A DNA stretch of 64,000 nt from Selaginella moellendorffii. Taxonomy: Eukaryota; Plantae; Lycopodiophyta. The stretch is taken from assembly GCF_000143415.4 (NCBI RefSeq), contig NW_003314295.1, forward strand, positions 569,764 through 633,763, written 5' to 3'. The notes below the pieces were generated by a model. The model saw nothing but the letters and a program-made list of their open reading frames with translations. It was not told the DNA's origin and ran no database searches. The translations under genes were made by a program, and so were the position numbers. Positions 1 to 13,994 of the stretch are shown here, piece by piece; position 1 is the stretch's first letter, and the number at the start of each line of letters is the position of its first letter.

Positions 1-387
1 GTTGCTAACATAATTTAATTATCTGGAAGCTCTTTTGCCGGATGATGGAGATAAGTCTTTGTTGTTTTCTTGAGCTTACCATCTTTGAAAAAGAAGCTTT
101 GGGAGTTTTTCTAGGACTTTTCCAACACCACCTCCATAATCCATCACGCTAATGCATGGGCGTATTGCAAGGCTCTCCTCTGCAAGGCCAATGAGACGAT
201 CAACAGCAATGCTAAGATGGGCATTCTCAAGGACTACATGATGCCTTTGTATGTACTTGCTGTATAATGTTAGTGTTATGCTTGCATAGCACCCACCCAG
301 ATTCAGGAGCTGCAAAAAAAAGAATCTATTGCATGAGTGATCCGCTGGTGACAGCCAGCAGACCATGTATCTCCAGCAGCAACAAGC

Positions 388-2220
388 ATGAATCCGGCAG
401 CTGCACGAGAGCCTTGCCTCGATCTAGAGAAGTGCGTTCTTCTCATCAAATCCTCCACAACAATCGCCCAGGCCAAGTCCACTCACTCGCGAGTTCTTCC
501 TTGTCTCAAACACTTTCCCGGCTCCCAGGTCTTCCTCTCCAATCTCCTCATACAAATGTACGGAAGATGTGGCAGCATCTCCGATGCTTGCTTGGTCTTT
601 GAGGGAATCCAAGATAAGAATTCCTTCTCGTGGGATCTTTTGCTCTCGGCATATGCCCAAAACGGGCATATTCAAAAGGCAAAGTACGTTTTTGATGAGA
701 TGCCACAAAGGTCCCCGGCATCATGGACGGCCATGTTGGTGTCATACGCACGGAGTGGCCACCTTGGTGATGCCGAGGATATGTACAAATACATGCCGTT
801 TAAAGACATTGTGGCCAAAACCTCTATTCTTGTGGCATATGCCCAATTGGGGCATCTTTCTAAAGCGCTTAAAATCTTTAGCGAGATGCCTCGCGCTGAT
901 CAAATTTGCTGGAATGCAATGCTTTCGGCCCACACCCGAAACGGGAATCTCATGGACGCTAGAAGATTTTTTAAGTCAATGCCTGCAAGGAATCTATCAT
1001 CGTGGACGACTATGCTCTTGGCATATTCTCAAGCTGGGCATCTGGTTGGCGCCAGTTACATATTTGATTCTATGCCCTACAGGGACATGGTGTGCTGGAA
1101 CGCGATGTTCACGGCATTCTCCATCCACGGATGTCTGGAAGAGGCGCGAGGAATGTTTGAAGTGATGCCTGAGCGAGATCTTGTGTCGTTCAATGGGATG
1201 CTGTGTGGATTCGTTTACAATTTTGCCAGGGATTTGGAGCACGAGATGGTGGAGGAATCGAGAAAACTTTTTGATTCAATGCCGGAGCGTGATCTCGTGT
1301 CCTGGACGAACATGATCTGCCTGTATGGCCAGAGTGGAGATCTGGAAAAGGCGCAAGAAGTATTTAATTCCATGCCGGATTTTGACGTCGTTTCAAGGAC
1401 AGCGCTTCTTGTCGCCTTCGCCCAAAATGGCGATCTCGCTGCTGCTAGAAACGCATTCGACCAGATGCCGCAGCGGGATATCATCGCCTGGAATGCTATG
1501 CTTCTTGCAAATGCTCAGCATGGAAAGTTTGTGGAGGCTAGAGCCTTTTTCGCCGCCATGCCAGTGAGAGATCTTGTTTCGTGGAACACAATGCTCATTG
1601 CCTATGCCGAGCGCGGCGATTTGGAATCCGCTAAACTTTGCTTTGATTCTATGCCGGGAAGGGATCAAGTATCCTGGAATGCTCTAATTTCCGCGTATGC
1701 CGAAGCCGGCCATTTGTCACTGTCGACATTGATGTTTGATAGTGCGCCTTATCACGATCTAATCTCTTGGAATGCAAAGTTAACAGCATTCACGCACCAT
1801 CTACAGTTTACGGAATCAGTTAAGATCTTTCACCAAATGCCAAACCGAAACATGGTGTCCTGGAATGCAATGCTCTTGGCATTTGCCAGAACTGGGCATG
1901 CGGTAAAGGCCTTAGCGTTTTTCCATGCCATGCCTGCTTNNNNNNNNNNNNNNNNNNNNNNNNNNNNNNNNNNNNNNNNNNNNNNNNNNNNNNNNNNNNN
2001 NNNNNNNNNNNNNNNNNNNNNNNNNNNNNNNNNNNNNNNTGGATGTGTGGTTGATCTTCTTTGCAGAAGTGTTCATTTGTGTGGAGCTAAAGAAGTTCTA
2101 CTTGCCATGCCATTTACACTAGACAGCTGTGATCGGGTCTGTATGCTGGAAGCATCAAACAATAAGATTTATTCTCCTTATTTCTCATTAAAAAGAAAAA
2201 TCAGAAACAAGTACAATTAG
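388..2220 (+). CDS. PLS-class pentatricopeptide repeat protein (S-motif rich), degenerate E domain; spans a gap
   Basis: NLLIQMYGRCGSISDA followed by repeated (D)xVSWNAML.AYAQ.G 31-aa motifs; CVVDLLCRSVHLCGAKEVLLAMPF after the gap resembles the S2/E1 region; no DYW domain. Confidence 0.9.
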   Translation: MNPAAAREPCLDLEKCVLLIKSSTTIAQAKSTHSRVLPCLKHFPGSQVFLSNLLIQMYGRCGSISDACLVFEGIQDKNSFSWDLLLSAYAQNGHIQKAKYVFDEMPQRSPASWTAMLVSYARSGHLGDAEDMYKYMPFKDIVAKTSILVAYAQLGHLSKALKIFSEMPRADQICWNAMLSAHTRNGNLMDARRFFKSMPARNLSSWTTMLLAYSQAGHLVGASYIFDSMPYRDMVCWNAMFTAFSIHGCLEEARGMFEVMPERDLVSFNGMLCGFVYNFARDLEHEMVEESRKLFDSMPERDLVSWTNMICLYGQSGDLEKAQEVFNSMPDFDVVSRTALLVAFAQNGDLAAARNAFDQMPQRDIIAWNAMLLANAQHGKFVEARAFFAAMPVRDLVSWNTMLIAYAERGDLESAKLCFDSMPGRDQVSWNALISAYAEAGHLSLSTLMFDSAPYHDLISWNAKLTAFTHHLQFTESVKIFHQMPNRNMVSWNAMLLAFARTGHAVKALAFFHAMPAXXXXXXXXXXXXXXXXXXXXXXXXXXXXXXXXXXGCVVDLLCRSVHLCGAKEVLLAMPFTLDSCDRVCMLEASNNKIYSPYFSLKRKIRNKYN

Positions 2221-4079
2221 TTGATAACTTCCACCAATTAATAAACATAAAATTGAAGGTTTAAACCAGTTTATTATTTCTGGCTTTTATCAAACCTCAA
2301 AAATAGATAGTAAAACCTGTGTAGAGTTCTTTTCAAATTACAAACTTAAATGTATCTTGAATTTGATATTGTATGCATGTATGTATTGTGTAGAATTATT
2401 GTCTATAACCATTATCAAACCTCAAAAATATCATATTGAAGGAAGAAAATCCAAAGTTTTTGCATACAATTGATTTGAGAGAATTTAAATTTATAGCAGC
2501 TTTGAGAGAATTTAAGCAATTTGTACAATTATAATCTGGAAGAAGAGAAGGACAAAAAATTCAGAAGCTATAAATTCACACATGATTAGGAAATGTTGAT
2601 GATATATTCTTATTGATCAAGAGGCTATAAAGAATGGCTAAGTCTCTCACAAATTGGCTATTAGTTTTAAATTTAATATAGTTATATCTGACTATGGCAT
2701 TAAAAGGAAAAAGTCAAATAATGATGCTTCTAAGTTTATTTTTGCAAAATATATCAAAACTAAAAAATTTATTAGCCATGAATATATTCACTAATTTATT
2801 AAGGTTATATTCTTGATTTTAAGGAGGTTATCTTGGGATAATTATAACATGAAATGCTTGTCTTTTAGTTAGCTGATAAAGAAATTAATAAGAGTTAAAG
2901 TTGGCTGGTGAATAAGAATTGAAGTTGGCTATTGAAGTGATCAATAGGAATTAAATCCTTGATATCTTTCATTGAGTATTTACTAAAATACAAGTATATT
3001 TTAGATGGTTTTCTCACTGGTGTGGTAGTGAATATACCTAAAATATACTTGGTATTCTAGAATATTTTACCATCTAACGGTTGTATTCATTTAGATTAAT
3101 CTTTATTTATAACTTATAAAGATTTTTATAAATTATAAGCACTCTATAATATATTATAGTTTATTATAACATCTAATGGTTGATATGCAATAATAATAAT
3201 CTTTTTTTACAAATTATAAATATGTTTATAATTATAAACTTCCATTTGATCAATAAGATTAATAAGTAAGAATAATATTACTATTAAACAAACTAAGAAT
3301 TATTATATGTAAAATGCAGAAAATTATTTTTAAATTTTATAAAGAAAATAAGATATTATTGAAAGTATTATACCTGTACAATAATGTTTGTTAGCAGAGG
3401 TTTTTTTAATTTCAATATAATAAAACTACTAACATATAAAGGCCTTCACACTTTAGTTAATAAGTCAACTATAGTCAATATTTAAAACTTACCTAGTTAT
3501 CCCCAAGAATGAGTTCTGATTATGCTTGTCTTGGTGTCATTTGTTTAATCTCAAATATATCTTTATCAATATCATTCCTACATGTATCCTCTTTCCTTGA
3601 TAACACATATTATGCCAATAAAAAACATTAGATGAATATTCACCCCTAATTGAAGTCGTATGAGAGAAGGGAAATCTAATACATTCTAAATAAGAACAAA
3701 AGATTAAACATACAAGTTTTCACTTATACAGTTCAAGATGGGATATACTATACATATTGTTGTAGCTATAACAATGAATATATGATTGCACGTTGGAGCA
3801 TTATATATTTATACATATGTGGATTAATTTTTTTTGTTTTGAGTTGCATGCAAAATATTATACATACAATCACTTTTTGATTGCCATCTCTACCAAGCAT
3901 ATGTGTAAACATATAATGTTGTCTTTGCCACCAAACCGTTTGTAATAAATTTGGTAGATATACATCCAACAAGTTTGAGTAAGTGAATATAACTTGTTGT
4001 AAGGTGAGGTAAATATATTGGCCATGATCTTCTCAAAGTCAATGCTCATGTGCTATATGATGGATATTATACAGTGTTG

Positions 4080-5510
4080 AAAGCTTATTTGCAGAGCACT
4101 AGTCACCATTGTTGTCTTGACAAAGAAAATGCAATGCACAATACTCTTAATGGCAAACTCAAGAGTCTCTTAGTACATAGTACCAACTTCCACCACCCCA
4201 AAATCTTTGTATATTCTTATAGACCTTTGTTTTGCCTTCTGTTACTGAGCAAAATTTGTTAGTCATCTATGGCACCTTCCACCACACTTTATATCGTGTT
4301 GAGTGGCTCCCATATGCATGGCACCTAGAGGTGAAGGTCCTCAAACACCACCCACTATTGCGTGCTAACATGAAGTGTATCTATACCATTGCAAACCACA
4401 TAGAGCAAAGCAACTACATAGGCAATCTGATTGCATCTTTGCTATTAGGATATGAAACATCATGATCCTAACCACATACATCTATATGAAATTTTTATAT
4501 ACATGCAGATGCCTTTCATGTGTGGATTGATGATTGAGTGGCTGTATGAGCTGACCAAAAATTGGCCCCAAGAGCATGTGTGTGCTAACTTCACCCTCCC
4601 TCATATTTGTTGAAGTATGATTGCAAAACAAGTTGTACTTAGCCCCAAACAGCTTTCATAGCTTGTCTCGTTGACCCTCCAAAGTCTTGCATATTGTCAT
4701 CTAACAACCAACAAACCAGCCATACACAAAGTAAAGTTAAGGGGAAAGCCATCTTGTTCCTCTAAACATGGATGCAAAGCTTGTATATTAAGGCAAATTT
4801 ATACACATCTGCAACACTCTAAATCTGAAAAAATATATATTACATGCTCATCTAGCAAATCTGAAAAACCATGTATTGCATGCTCACTTGGCAAGTCTTG
4901 AAGAGTTTGAGGGTATCTAGAGTTGTGCATTGCATTTAGGAGTGGTTGAAGAGCCCACATAGTCTCATTATGGTAGTGGGCTTGTTAAACTTTTTATTCA
5001 TGCTCTATTACTTTGAGCAATTCTTATGGTATTGAATACACTTTTTGTCATGATGGAAACATCCTCTTCACCCACTTTTGTGCCACACTAGATAGTTGTG
5101 AAAAATATCAAAGTCCACCACTAAACTCCTGTACTTGATTGTTATGCAAATTGGTCACTCTATAAATTCCTCAACTTTTGCGTTCAAGGACAAAAGGATA
5201 CCCTCCCAAATGTCTGTGTTGGGTAGTGTCCAAACCTGCAACACAAGATACACACATTTCTTCACTATGGCATCTAGCCCCAAAAAGGTTGCTTTAATCT
5301 ACCCCAATCATAGTAGAACATAATCGTGGCATAAGCATGCCCATAATGTATTTATGTGCAATCTCAATAACCACTAAGGCCCCTAGCATGTGCTATCAAG
5401 TTTACGTACATGCATGCTTGGCATCACAAAGTTGTAACCCTACATAATATATCTGTATGTTATTGATTAGCTGCAAAAAATCACCCTATCCTTTCATCCA
5501 ATGCCACCAC
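4080..5510 (-). mobile_element. Decayed hAT-type transposase remnant
   Basis: Minus strand near 4110-4210 reads KILGWWKLV...LSLPLRVLCIAFS (like the hAT dimerisation domain WW...LA.RVL); WACLCHD near 5330 resembles W.PC.AH; many stops and frameshifts. Confidence 0.4.
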
Positions 5511-7380
5511 ACTCTCTTCATCCTCCATTGAAACTGCCTCCTCTGTGGTTATAGTGTCTATAATTACATCCGATATTGCATGGCCCCAATTGGTGCAAGT
5601 TTAGGACTAACCTGGGTTCATGCACCTCTAGAACCACCAGGTCTTAATGGTCATCACATAGAATGATTACCTCTTGGCTTGGAGGATTGTAAATTGCAAT
5701 TATATACTAAACAATTATCTCGCGACTGAAATNNNNNNNNNNNNNNNNNNNNNNNNNNNNNNNNNNNNNNNNNNNNNNNNNNNNNNNNNNNNNNNNNNNN
5801 NNNNNNNNNNNNNNNNNNNNNNNNNNNNNNNNATGCACATGTCCTACCACATGTATGTTTAATAGTCCCTATTAGCATTAAGACTACTCATTGTTACATT
5901 ATATCATGTATGGAGGCCATAGCAAAGCACAGATGGAAGGAGTCATGAATATGTCATTTTGAACTATGTTATGAAGGAATTGTCTTTGTCAAGCACTTTG
6001 GAGCAATTCTTAAACTTTAATACAATTTTTGCACATTAGTAAGCATAGAAAAATAGCCTATTGCATAAATGACTACATAAAGTGTAAGCACAAAGATGTT
6101 ACATACATACTAGCAAAGAATAACAAATAAAATATGCATTTTTTATTTGTTGCACTCTTAACTAAACAACAAAGAAAAAAAAAAGACCACTACCTATCAC
6201 TTTCAACAAGTATATTACACTCTAAAAAAAAAGGAAATTTAAGCACACATCAGCATTATATATGCACAAAATCTAAAATCCATAATCGGCTGTAGGTTGT
6301 GATAACCCATAGCCAATGGCAAGTAGTTATGGTTAGGTATGGATCCATAATAACTCCTTTGCTTGCCACATTTACCATTACCACATAATTGATCAATTGA
6401 TAGGTTGTGATTGATTAATGAGCCTATTGATCAATTAATTGACTACAACTAACCATTGATTGATTGAAGGGCTCGATCAATGATCCATCCATATGGCAAG
6501 CTTGTATGGGCAAATTAATGGATCCATCTAAGAAAGATGAATTCTCCCATGTAAAAAAGCAATAAAGCATCTATACATTTGTATAAAAATTTATTTGTAG
6601 ATTGTTATTATTTGTGATTTCATTTAAGAGTTCCACAAATAGATATTGAATAACTTGTCATGTCAGAGGAGGTATTCCCATACACATTTGAAGGGGAGAT
6701 ATATAAATTCTAGATTAAGGAATATGTTGTAAAAGTATAAAATTGCTATAAATTTAATACAACTAATTAAATATATTATATACCAAATGATGCCACAAAA
6801 TTTTAAAATTGGAAGCAATAATTTATGGTAGCTAATGTCTTTAAAATTAATTGAAAGAAACCTAAAATCCTATAAACCATACTTTAATTCCAGATTATTC
6901 CAAGGGCAAAATGCCATAAAATTTGTCTTGCCTCAAAATAATAGAGAATTCTACCAAATTAAAGCTTCTTATTATNNNNNNNNNNNNNNNNNNNNNNNNN
7001 NNNNNNNNNNNNNNNNNNNNNNNNNNNNNNNNNNNNNNNNNNNNNNNNNNNNNNNNNNNNNNNNNNNNNNNNNNNNNNNNNNNNNNNNNNNNNNNNNNNN
7101 NNNNNNNNNNNNNNNNNNNNNNNNNNNNNNNNNNNNNNNNNNNNNNNNNNNNNNNNNNNNNNNNNNNNNNNNNNNNNNNNNNNNNNNNNNNNNNNNNNNN
7201 NNNNNNNNNNNNNNNNNNNNNNNNNNNNNNNNNNNNNNNNNNNNNNNNNNNNNNNNNNNNNNNNNNNNNNNNNNNNNNNNNNNNNNNNNNNNNNNNNNNN
7301 NNNNNNNNNNNNNNNNNNNNNNNNNNNNNNNNNNNNNNNNNNNNNNNNNNNNNNNNNNNNNNNNAAAATATATAGATGTA

Positions 7381-7455
7381 ATATTATAGTCTTATATATA
7401 TGTATGTGTATACATACATACACACACACATATATATGTATATATATACACACAT
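7381..7455. repeat. (TA)/(CA) microsatellite next to a gap
   Basis: Alternating TA/TG/CA dinucleotide runs seen directly. Confidence 0.8.
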
Positions 7456-7559
7456 AAAAAATCATGAAGAATATTCATTTATCAAGAGTGTCCCTCTATG
7501 CAAAAAAATCACAACTACTACAGGAAATCACTCTTGACCAAGATTGTATGCTGTTTGTA

Positions 7560-8650
7560 ACGTGTTTATGTTGCATGGTTTATTGCATTTTTGGCATCTA
7601 AACTTTAAAATTGTTGCAAATGTGACTTTGGGTATTGAAATTTATCTATTGGCCAGTCCTTACAGACACTTTTTCCTTACTACCACAATGGCAGAAAGTC
7701 GGTATTGCTGGTTCCTTTTATCAACCCCTCTTGTCCAAGTGTTAGTAAATTGGGCTTAGCATCTGTACTTAGCCAGATGAATATAAGGTAAGAACTCCTG
7801 TGTATTTCTAGTTGACCATTTTCGGCCTGGCTTTTAGTTCTCTTTTGCTTTGTCTTGCATTGGCTTGGCAAGAACCCTTGCGTATTGAGATTAGTCCCTC
7901 AATATCGCTGGATGATAGCTTACTGTGTCTGCCAAACACCTTCGCTATCATGCCTTTTGTGTTAGTCTCAATTCGGTCCCAAATGCTATTTATGGAAAGT
8001 ATCCAGATTTGCTCATTTGGCATATCTACGGAATGTAGAGATTGTCATGAACACAATGGTGTTTGTCCCGTGTCCAAATTCGCAATCTAGGGACATTCCA
8101 TATTTAATAAGTTTCAAACTTATCCTAGAGACTAACTCTTGATACTAAGAGAGGCTTGGGGTAAAAGCCCAAAGCATGTGTTCCTCAAGAGGGGAGGTAT
8201 GGGGGGTTCTAAATGTATAGTAGGGATAGTGGGTAAGTTGGGCATGGTTGACTAACCTGAGGCATAGCTTAACTCCTGCTTGCGTGCTTGTCCTTGTTTT
8301 GTGTCCGACTTGGGTTTAAGCCCAAGTTCCACACCATGCTAGCTAGTGAAGTACCTATGTTCTTGCATTAGGCCATCGGTATGCTGAAATAGCGCCAAAC
8401 TTCGTTTAGCTCCGTTTTGCATGTTGGTCCTGGCATTGGGATGTTGGATGCTCTAGGATTGTTCCAAGTTGCTTCGGCTCCTATCCCTTTACTCCTTGGG
8501 TTGCATGCTCAAAAGTTGCTCTGTGGTCCGATTCCATCACTTCTTAGCTCCATGTTTGGGAATTTGACACTGTTCCTTCGTTCAATGGCCAAAGGCCTTG
8601 GTCCACACCATTGTCCTATAGACACGTGGCATATGGGCACATAGAGGGTT
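7560..8650 (-). mobile_element. Possible decayed LTR retrotransposon 5' region
   Basis: 8134-8147 on the minus strand reads TAGTATCAAGAGTT, a G>A-decayed version of the tRNA-iMet primer binding site TGGTATCA(A)GAGC, with broken ORFs downstream. No paired LTR was seen. Confidence 0.28.
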
Positions 8651-11600
8651 TAGGTTCTACTTTGTGGTGTTATCCTATGGTAAATCATTATAGAATAAAG
8701 GGTTAATACCACATATGCTGTGAAAGCTCTTCATAACATTATAAGGAGGGTCTTCTACCACTTCACATTTGTTAATGACTTTGCCTTCAACCATTAGTTT
8801 ATGTTCATTCACCACCTCATGCTATGCAATGTAAAATTGTGTTACAAGGTGTGTGGCACCAACCCTATAAAGAAAAAATAACTAAAAAGAAGTAAAGGAT
8901 ATCTATTAAGATTATATGTCATAGATGTTTATCACACCTTTGTAGTGACATCAACTCCGTCATGTGTGATCTTGCACTTGCAGAGTTGCTTCCTTTACAT
9001 TCTCAGAATCCAGCACTTCTTCTTCTGCAATCTCTATAACAGTGAAATGCTCTTTTACCACTCCCTTTTCACCTTCCTCCACAATATCATCCTCCACTTG
9101 TGCTGCTAGCTCTGTGACTTGCAATAGAGGAGGGTTGTATGGAAAACCCACACGCACATGTTTGTTATGTCAGGAGAAAAGAGGATGATATGGTCTCTAA
9201 TCTCAAATATGTGTCTTAGCAACTATTGCCACTAAACTGTGTCTAGTCCAATAAAGCATGAATCTTTCTATTGGAAAGAAAAAAAAAACACATATAAGCA
9301 TAAATATGTGGAGGTATATAAATGATATAAACATACTAGTATCCCCACATGCAACTATCCTCAATTAGTATAATAATGCCTTAATTCTCAATATTCTACA
9401 AAAGAAATGAGCTGAATAACTTCACATGCATTTCAAAATTCAAAATATACTAATAGGGGACTCGCTTGGAGGTATGTTCACACCAACGAAGCAATATGAA
9501 TGTTTAGACTCAACAATGCCATACTATAGCTATATATCTAGGTGCATGTCATTAATACAGGTGTAAAACTATCAACTCATTGGCTATGGAAAGAAGAATC
9601 TAGATTAAAAAACATATATGCATTGGAGAGGAATAGGTATAAATTAGTTACTTATTTATATGTAAGTATTGCATTGCAATGCACTACAACATAATCATTG
9701 TAGCAACCAGTAAACTTAAGCCAAGAAACAAAAACCCATTAATAAAAGGTTTATACTATTAATTTGTAGTGCAACAAATCATTACAATGCTAAAAACCAT
9801 CATATTCAATACCCCAAGCACCCAAAAAAATGTTTATTTCTGCACTCCAATCAATTGCACTTGCTATTACAAATAAACTGTGAGAAATGAGAGGCAAGAC
9901 TGATTGATTCAAGCACAGTGCATATATTAGAGCGTGTTACACCTCTAAGCTGTGAGAAATGAGTTACAACAGTGAGAAATGACCTATAGCCATGAGAAAT
10001 GAGCCATAGCCATGAAAAGTGAATTATAATTGTGAACAATGAGAAGAGAGATGATGATCACAATCAATACATCACAAATCTATGCTCATAAAAATGAAAC
10101 AAAAAAACCATTACCATGCACCACACCTCCCTCCAAAAGTGTTCAATTAGCTATAGGCACATTATCATTGATATGTATAAAAAGGCATAATTTTCACCTA
10201 GTTGTGAACTGGGGAACCACACAAAAATAATATATTGTGGCCTTCCCACACATTCATCATGTCCATCTTTATTTCATTAAACTCCGTACCCAGTCATCAC
10301 GTATGTATTTAAGCTGGCCAAATTATAAAATTGCTCTACAGTAGCATTTATAAAGAGTTGGTCCTCCTTTATTCATTGACACAAGTATGCCAGTGATATA
10401 AAATCTCCTTACACACATAAATAACACCACCAAGTGCGTGATATTATTTAGACTCTTCAAACACTTGCCAGCATAAATGAATCTTTGTAAATAGATGCCT
10501 TAAGGCTCTAGCTTGCAATATATTGTGAAACAGAAGTTGCATCAAAACCATGATTTAGATGTGGCGGGATAGCTTTATAGGTGACTCCATATTGAAATGC
10601 ATGGAAAAAATTAGCTCCAGTCTTCTTTGCGAGACTTGCTCCAAGTAAACATGAGCTAATGTAGCTTTTATCATTTCCTAACTCACTTTATATCTTGCAT
10701 CTTTTAGTTTGCTAAATCCCTTGTTAGGGGAGAATTTCTTCAAGAAGTGCTTAAATTGCAACAACACTCTTTGAGGGGATACCCTTTCCTAACCTATAGT
10801 TTTGAGATATTGGTGCAATGTACACTAGTCCACTCCAAATAAAGCGATAGGATCTTTCATTTTGTAACCTTCTCTCAATTTAACACTCACTTATACAAAA
10901 TTTTCTTTACTTATTGCAAAAAACTGGCATAAAAAATCACATATATGGCACTAATTTAGACTCTGTTATGCATATATAATTGACACTAATACATGCCTAT
11001 GCATAAGAAAAAAGTTGTGCTCAAAATATTACTTTGTGAGTCAGATGTGTTAACAATTTATGCATATATATATATATATATATTTTCTAGTTGCAATCAC
11101 AAATTGTTTGCCATATATAATACTTTAAATGTTGCAAACACCTCTGAAGTGATGTAATAATAATATGCGTGAATTTTTTCTGGATAACAGATAAAGAACC
11201 ATTCTTAATACCAGATCAGCAATATATATTTCAAAAGCTATAGTAGGCTAAGTAGTCAAGCAATGTTGATGAAACCATTGTACTCCCATATCCTCCTTTT
11301 GGAGAAAGCTCGCCATCCAATTTTCTCAATTGGGCTGTGCGTGGAGAGGCTGTACGTCCAGAAGAAGAGTGGAACGCTTTGGAACCTCGCATCATAAAGA
11401 AATACCTCATGGCCATGAAGATTTCGTTCAAGGTGCTGTTTGTGAGTGGGAGCTTCCTGTCTGACGAGGTTTTTTCTGCAAAGAGTGTCCTCGTTTTGCC
11501 TGCTTCACTCGCATTGCAAACCGGGTGGCAGCAGCCAAGACCTTGTGAAACGCATTGGTCCTTTGCTCATGCAAACGATGCAGCAAAGTGAGGGTCTCCT

Positions 11601-12175
11601 CCCAGGAACGCCATTACTGAGCGCGGCTAAGAACAAATCCCCCGTAAAAACTCGTCCAGTAGCTTCTTATCTTCCAAGGACAAAGGGCTGTAGGAGCAAG
11701 TAACTGCAAAAAGAACAAAATCTTGTGAGTCCCGAATTCAAAGTGTCGCAGCTAGGTGGGACAATAAGTGTAATGACAGAGAACAAGCGCTCGTCACCAG
11801 AGACAAACGCAAACAGAAAAAACTTCATAAAACACAAAAGGAGAACTGCAGAAACTAAGTACAGTTCCCCAGCAATACAAACCAGACAGAGAAAAAAAGT
11901 AAGATGGCAAGAAAAAGTAAAACTCCAAGGGCAGGTTAGCAAAAAGAACTCCAACTCAAACAACCGCTGCTGCTTACCTGACGCAGCCTGAAGACTTGTC
12001 ACAGGGGGACTACAAAGTATATTTGCACAGCGTGAAACAAAATTAAAAACACCCACACACACACAGCATCTGAAGCACACACCCATACATCTAATAAAAT
12101 CCCAAATGCTCCATGCTTTCCAGCACCCCTGACGGACCTCGCTGACTTCTAATATCTTTATAGGATCTTAGCTTT

Positions 12176-13038
12176 ATGCCCTTATCTTTTGGGAGTTACT
12201 CTCCTCGCCATAGTACACTGGGATTTGGAGCTCTCAAAGCGGACAGGCAAGTTAGAAGTACCAGAACTAGAAAGTTTCATGCCAGGGTTGCGACTGGAGA
12301 ATCTCAAGGTAAATTTTCACTCGTATAGAAATTCTAGAAAGCTTTCTTTCACAATCGTTCGGATAGCAAAGTCGAGGAGAGCGTTTTGGTGCTAAAGGCC
12401 GCTGCCAAGAGCAAGAAAATCCCAGCTCCAGAGGTGTTTGCAGCATTTAGAGTTTTGGAGAAAGCTTGCGTGGATCCATCCAATTTTTTTGAGACTTTGG
12501 GGGGAAGTAGTGGAGCTGAGCCAAGGTGCTGGATGCTTGTCTTTGCTGCTGGAGCCAAAGTGGTAAGAAAACTTGTCATAAATTTGGAACTTTGCTCTTA
12601 TATTTTGGTTTTCATTTGAAGGTGAGAGAAGCTTTGAAAGGTGGTTCTAGAGGTCAATGCCACTGTAAGTTCCCAAAAAATTTCATCGTTTCCAGACAAA
12701 GAGCATACAAAATGGGCTTTACTTTGGCCGTCTTGGCGTGTTGGAATTCACTTTTGGGTAGCCAGCCAATAAAGGCTTTTTTATTAAATAATTACCAAAA
12801 AAAGTGTACCATATATAATATTAGAATATTACATTTAGCAAATAAATTTTTCTTTTAATCTTTTTGGTGCTCGTGGTTATCCTTCAAGGTTGGGCCTCTT
12901 GGCCCCTTCCAATTCGCAATTAGCAAGAAAAAAGAGCTGGGTCAAGAACCTGGAGAAAAAGATCCCTTCTTCATTTGGTTCTCTACACGGACAAAGAAAT
13001 TGATTGCTATGAGGGTGCGTTGCAATGAAAGAGTTTGA
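12176..13038 (+). pseudogene. Pseudogene of a conserved plastid-targeted protein (At1g18060-like family, from memory)
   Basis: Exons encode VLKAAAKSKKIPAPEVFAAFRVLEKACVDPSNFFETLGG..RCWMLVF, KSIQNGLYFGRLG and FKVGPLGPFQF..EKDPFFIWF. Lesions: acceptor AG>GG at 12361-12362, missing YFP..QRFD block, AT-rich interruption about 12755-12880, 2-nt frameshift after WF. Confidence 0.7.
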
Positions 13039-13994
13039 ACTTCAGCCGCCATTGTTTAATATGGTAATATTTAACCATTACTTGTAAAGGTTTTTATAAT
13101 CAATCTGTTTATTTTTAGCCTCATAAATTTGATCTTATCTCTTTGTCCTATTTTAATTCTTTACTGATCCATTGATATAAAATTTGAAAATGTTAGCATT
13201 TGAAACTAAATGCTGTGAAATCCTGCTCTTTACAACAAATTGAAATAGACATTGATAAATCATTTTAGTTTTTAATTTCAACTCAATATTATACTTTATA
13301 TCTCATATAAAGATAATTCACAAGAAAATTTTACATTGGCATATTGTGTATTTCTACTAATTATCCTATACTATTACCTAACCTTCTTTTGTATTGTGGT
13401 CACCCAAATCACATACAATTTGAAATAGACATAAAATACATTTTAAATAGCATCACTATTATTCATTATTCTCACATAAATTTAACTTTATTGTATTCCA
13501 TCTTTTTTCATTGAATGCTCTTCTGATATAATATTATTAAAAATAAAATTTTACTAAAGAAACTTGGCAAGATAAATGTACTCTTTAAGTATGTGTTTAT
13601 TTAAGATTTTCACCTTTGCACAAGTATCATAATTAACGTTTTTGGCTTTGAGGTTTCTATAGTTTATTTGTCTTCATTTTGTTGTAAAAAGTTAAAACAT
13701 TATTGAAAGATTAACAATTAAAGCTTCCATTACTAAACTATTTTTTACTTCTATTTACAAATCATAAAATCTAAAATCTCCATTAACTTTTATATGTTTC
13801 AAAGTTCTATTAAATCTCATTTTATAACCACATAGAGTAATTATAGTGTATTATATTATTGTTAAGTTATTATAAATGGTTTACCATCTTCAAATTTTTG
13901 CTTATCAAAACATTTTATTTTATTTTTTCCGAAGTAAAAGATTCAAAGTGATCAGCAATGGTTGCTCTAATTTATCGGTTCTAACAAAATCAGT

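Noticed and set aside
1-390. Exon-like sequence upstream of the first PPR
   Set aside because: Splice-like signals occur on both strands, no domain is recognisable, and it is cut by the window edge.
8760-10950. Possible Ulp1/MULE remnant and GTGAGAAATGA repeats
   Set aside because: The motif resemblance is too weak to call a family; treated as generic decayed TE sequence.
11231-12150. Moderately GC-rich stretch with short ORFs
   Set aside because: No recognisable protein or consistent exon structure.
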